A stretch of DNA of 64,000 nt from Stegostoma tigrinum (Eukaryota): the NCBI RefSeq assembly GCF_030684315.1, contig NC_081387.1, positions 16,771,409 through 16,835,408 on the forward strand. The letters run 5' to 3'. The notes beneath the pieces are model-generated. The model searched no databases and had not been told where the DNA came from. It saw only the letters and a program-made list of their open reading frames with translations. This document shows positions 62,400 through 64,000 of the stretch, one piece after another. The translations under genes and the position numbers were made by a program. How positions within the stretch are numbered: position 1 is the stretch's first letter; every line of letters begins with the position of its first letter.

Positions 62400-63260
62400 C
62401 TAATCTGACTTAAATCTTCAAAATTACTCAAGGTCAGAAGTTGGGCACTGTTTGCAACTCCTCAGAAGAATTATGAATCCATTTGTAGTATTCAGGCTTG
62501 GATTGCAGAGTTAAAAAGAAAATAATCAGGCCACACGAGTGCCAGACAATAAGCGTATCCAACATGAGAGAATGTAACTACTGTACATTGACATTAAGTG
62601 GCATTACCTTCACTGAATCCCATTCTATCAACATCCTGGAGTTTACCATCAACTAGAAACTGAACTGAGCCAACAATATACACACTGTGGCTGTGGAGCC
62701 AGTTCAGCTCTCTGCTGTGAATAACTCAGTACCTGACTTCCCAGTGCTTGTCCACTACCTACAAGGCCTATGTCAGGAGTGTGATGGAATATTCTTTACT
62801 TACATGGATCACTGCAGTTCCAGAAATAGTGATAAATGTTGATAGCATTCAGGAGAGAGCAGAAAACTTACCTGGAATGCCATCCACCATTTTTATAATG
62901 TTCACTGCCTCAACCACAGATGCAAAGTGCAGAAGGGTTCACCGTCTACAAGATACACTCTAATAGCTCACCTTGGGTCCTCCAACAGCAGCTTCCAAAC
63001 CTGCAATCTCTACCATTTAGAACGCCACCAACTACAAGCTACCCTCCAAATCACCTACTACTGACTTGGAAATAAATTGCAATTCCTTCAATATGATTGG
63101 GGCAAAATCCCGGAACTCCATCCATAAGTGTACATATGAATGTCCCTATGCACCAACAATGCAATGCTTCACAGAAGGCAGCTCACCATACCCTCTCCAA
63201 GGCAACAGGGATATGCAATAAATACTGCCTAAACAGTGATGCTCATATCCCAACAACACA
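62400..63260 (+). mobile_element. CR1/L2-group LINE 3' relic
   Basis: YKAYVRSVMEYS..SIQ; tail as at 39600. Confidence 0.65.
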
Positions 63261-63529
63261 TAATTCAAAGTATGTTAGCTTCCCAACTGTGAGGTGAATC
63301 TATGAAACTGACATTGAAGTGAACTACTGGCCTATCAGGTTCAAAGGCATTGATGATAGTGGCAACCAAAGGGAAGGGGGCACAGCTACCCAAAGGAATA
63401 GGGAACAGAGAGAGGTGATTGACCTTAAAAAAAAACTTAAGGTGGTCAGAGGAAAGAAACTAGACTACACAGGAGATGGCAATGCCAAAACAACCAGGCC
63501 AGCAATACTGCAGAGTGATCAATGGTTAC

Positions 63530-64000
63530 ACAAGGAATGTCAATGGTGAAATTCTGAAAATTGAAGTTAAAATGGAAAGGTGTAGGATGATAGAGGGAGG
63601 GTCAAAAGTGATGGATGGCAGGTCAAGGGGTCAGTTCCACTGCATTGAAAAGTCTCAAGGGTCATTGATAAGTAGTGATTGGGCAGGTGGGGGTCACTAA
63701 AGAGCAAGGGTGATAGATTGAAGGTCAGCCGTGATGAGGAGAAAATTCATTATTTTTGGTTTTCATCTTTATTGGATAAAGCGGTCCCCAAGCCTCCTCT
63801 TGGTTTCCCCAATGTAGAGGAGGCTACAACGGGAACAGCGGATGCAGTTTACCACATAAGCTGGTGTGCACTTTTCCCTGCCAGTATGAAGTGCCAGGCC
63901 CCAAGAAGACTTTCCACATCAAGCAGATGTTCACCTTTGCAGAACGCCTATGCTCGGTTCACACTAAACAACTGCATCTCCCAGTCGCAAACCATTTCAA
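63530..64000. mobile_element. Penelope-like GIY-YIG fragments joined in inverted orientation
   Basis: 63780-63870 is the reverse complement of the YIGETKRRLGDR region; 63890-64000 matches approx. 17975-18170 on the plus strand with an internal deletion. Confidence 0.7.

Overview
Repeat-rich vertebrate genomic DNA, very likely a shark or other elasmobranch (many HE1-type tRNA-derived SINEs, CR1/HER1 and L2-like LINE relics, Penelope-like elements, a Gypsy relic). Two spliced immunoglobulin-superfamily genes lie in tandem on the minus strand; the ORF track shows them only in pieces, so I rebuilt them by hand from splice sites and reading phase. Gene A (ATG 23291, last identified exon ending at 1860, 3' end not found): signal peptide, Cys-less V-set domain, C2-set domain, then at least four consecutive phase-1 exons that each encode one hydrophobic helix. 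This gives a CD2/SLAM/HEPACAM-type ectodomain on a multipass membrane domain, an architecture recalling CD47. Gene B (50762 to 28638, 247 aa): signal peptide, HEPACAM/VSTM5-like V domain, a TM segment with an N-terminal Arg, and a tail whose ITIM-like and ITSM-like motifs both lack their tyrosines. Also present: a GC-box minisatellite at the 5' end of gene A, a 3.2/4.4 kb tandem duplication in an intron of gene B, small palindromic Penelope-derived elements with target-site duplications and hammerhead ribozyme cores, and a 193-nt N gap. All gene models are unverified by transcript data.
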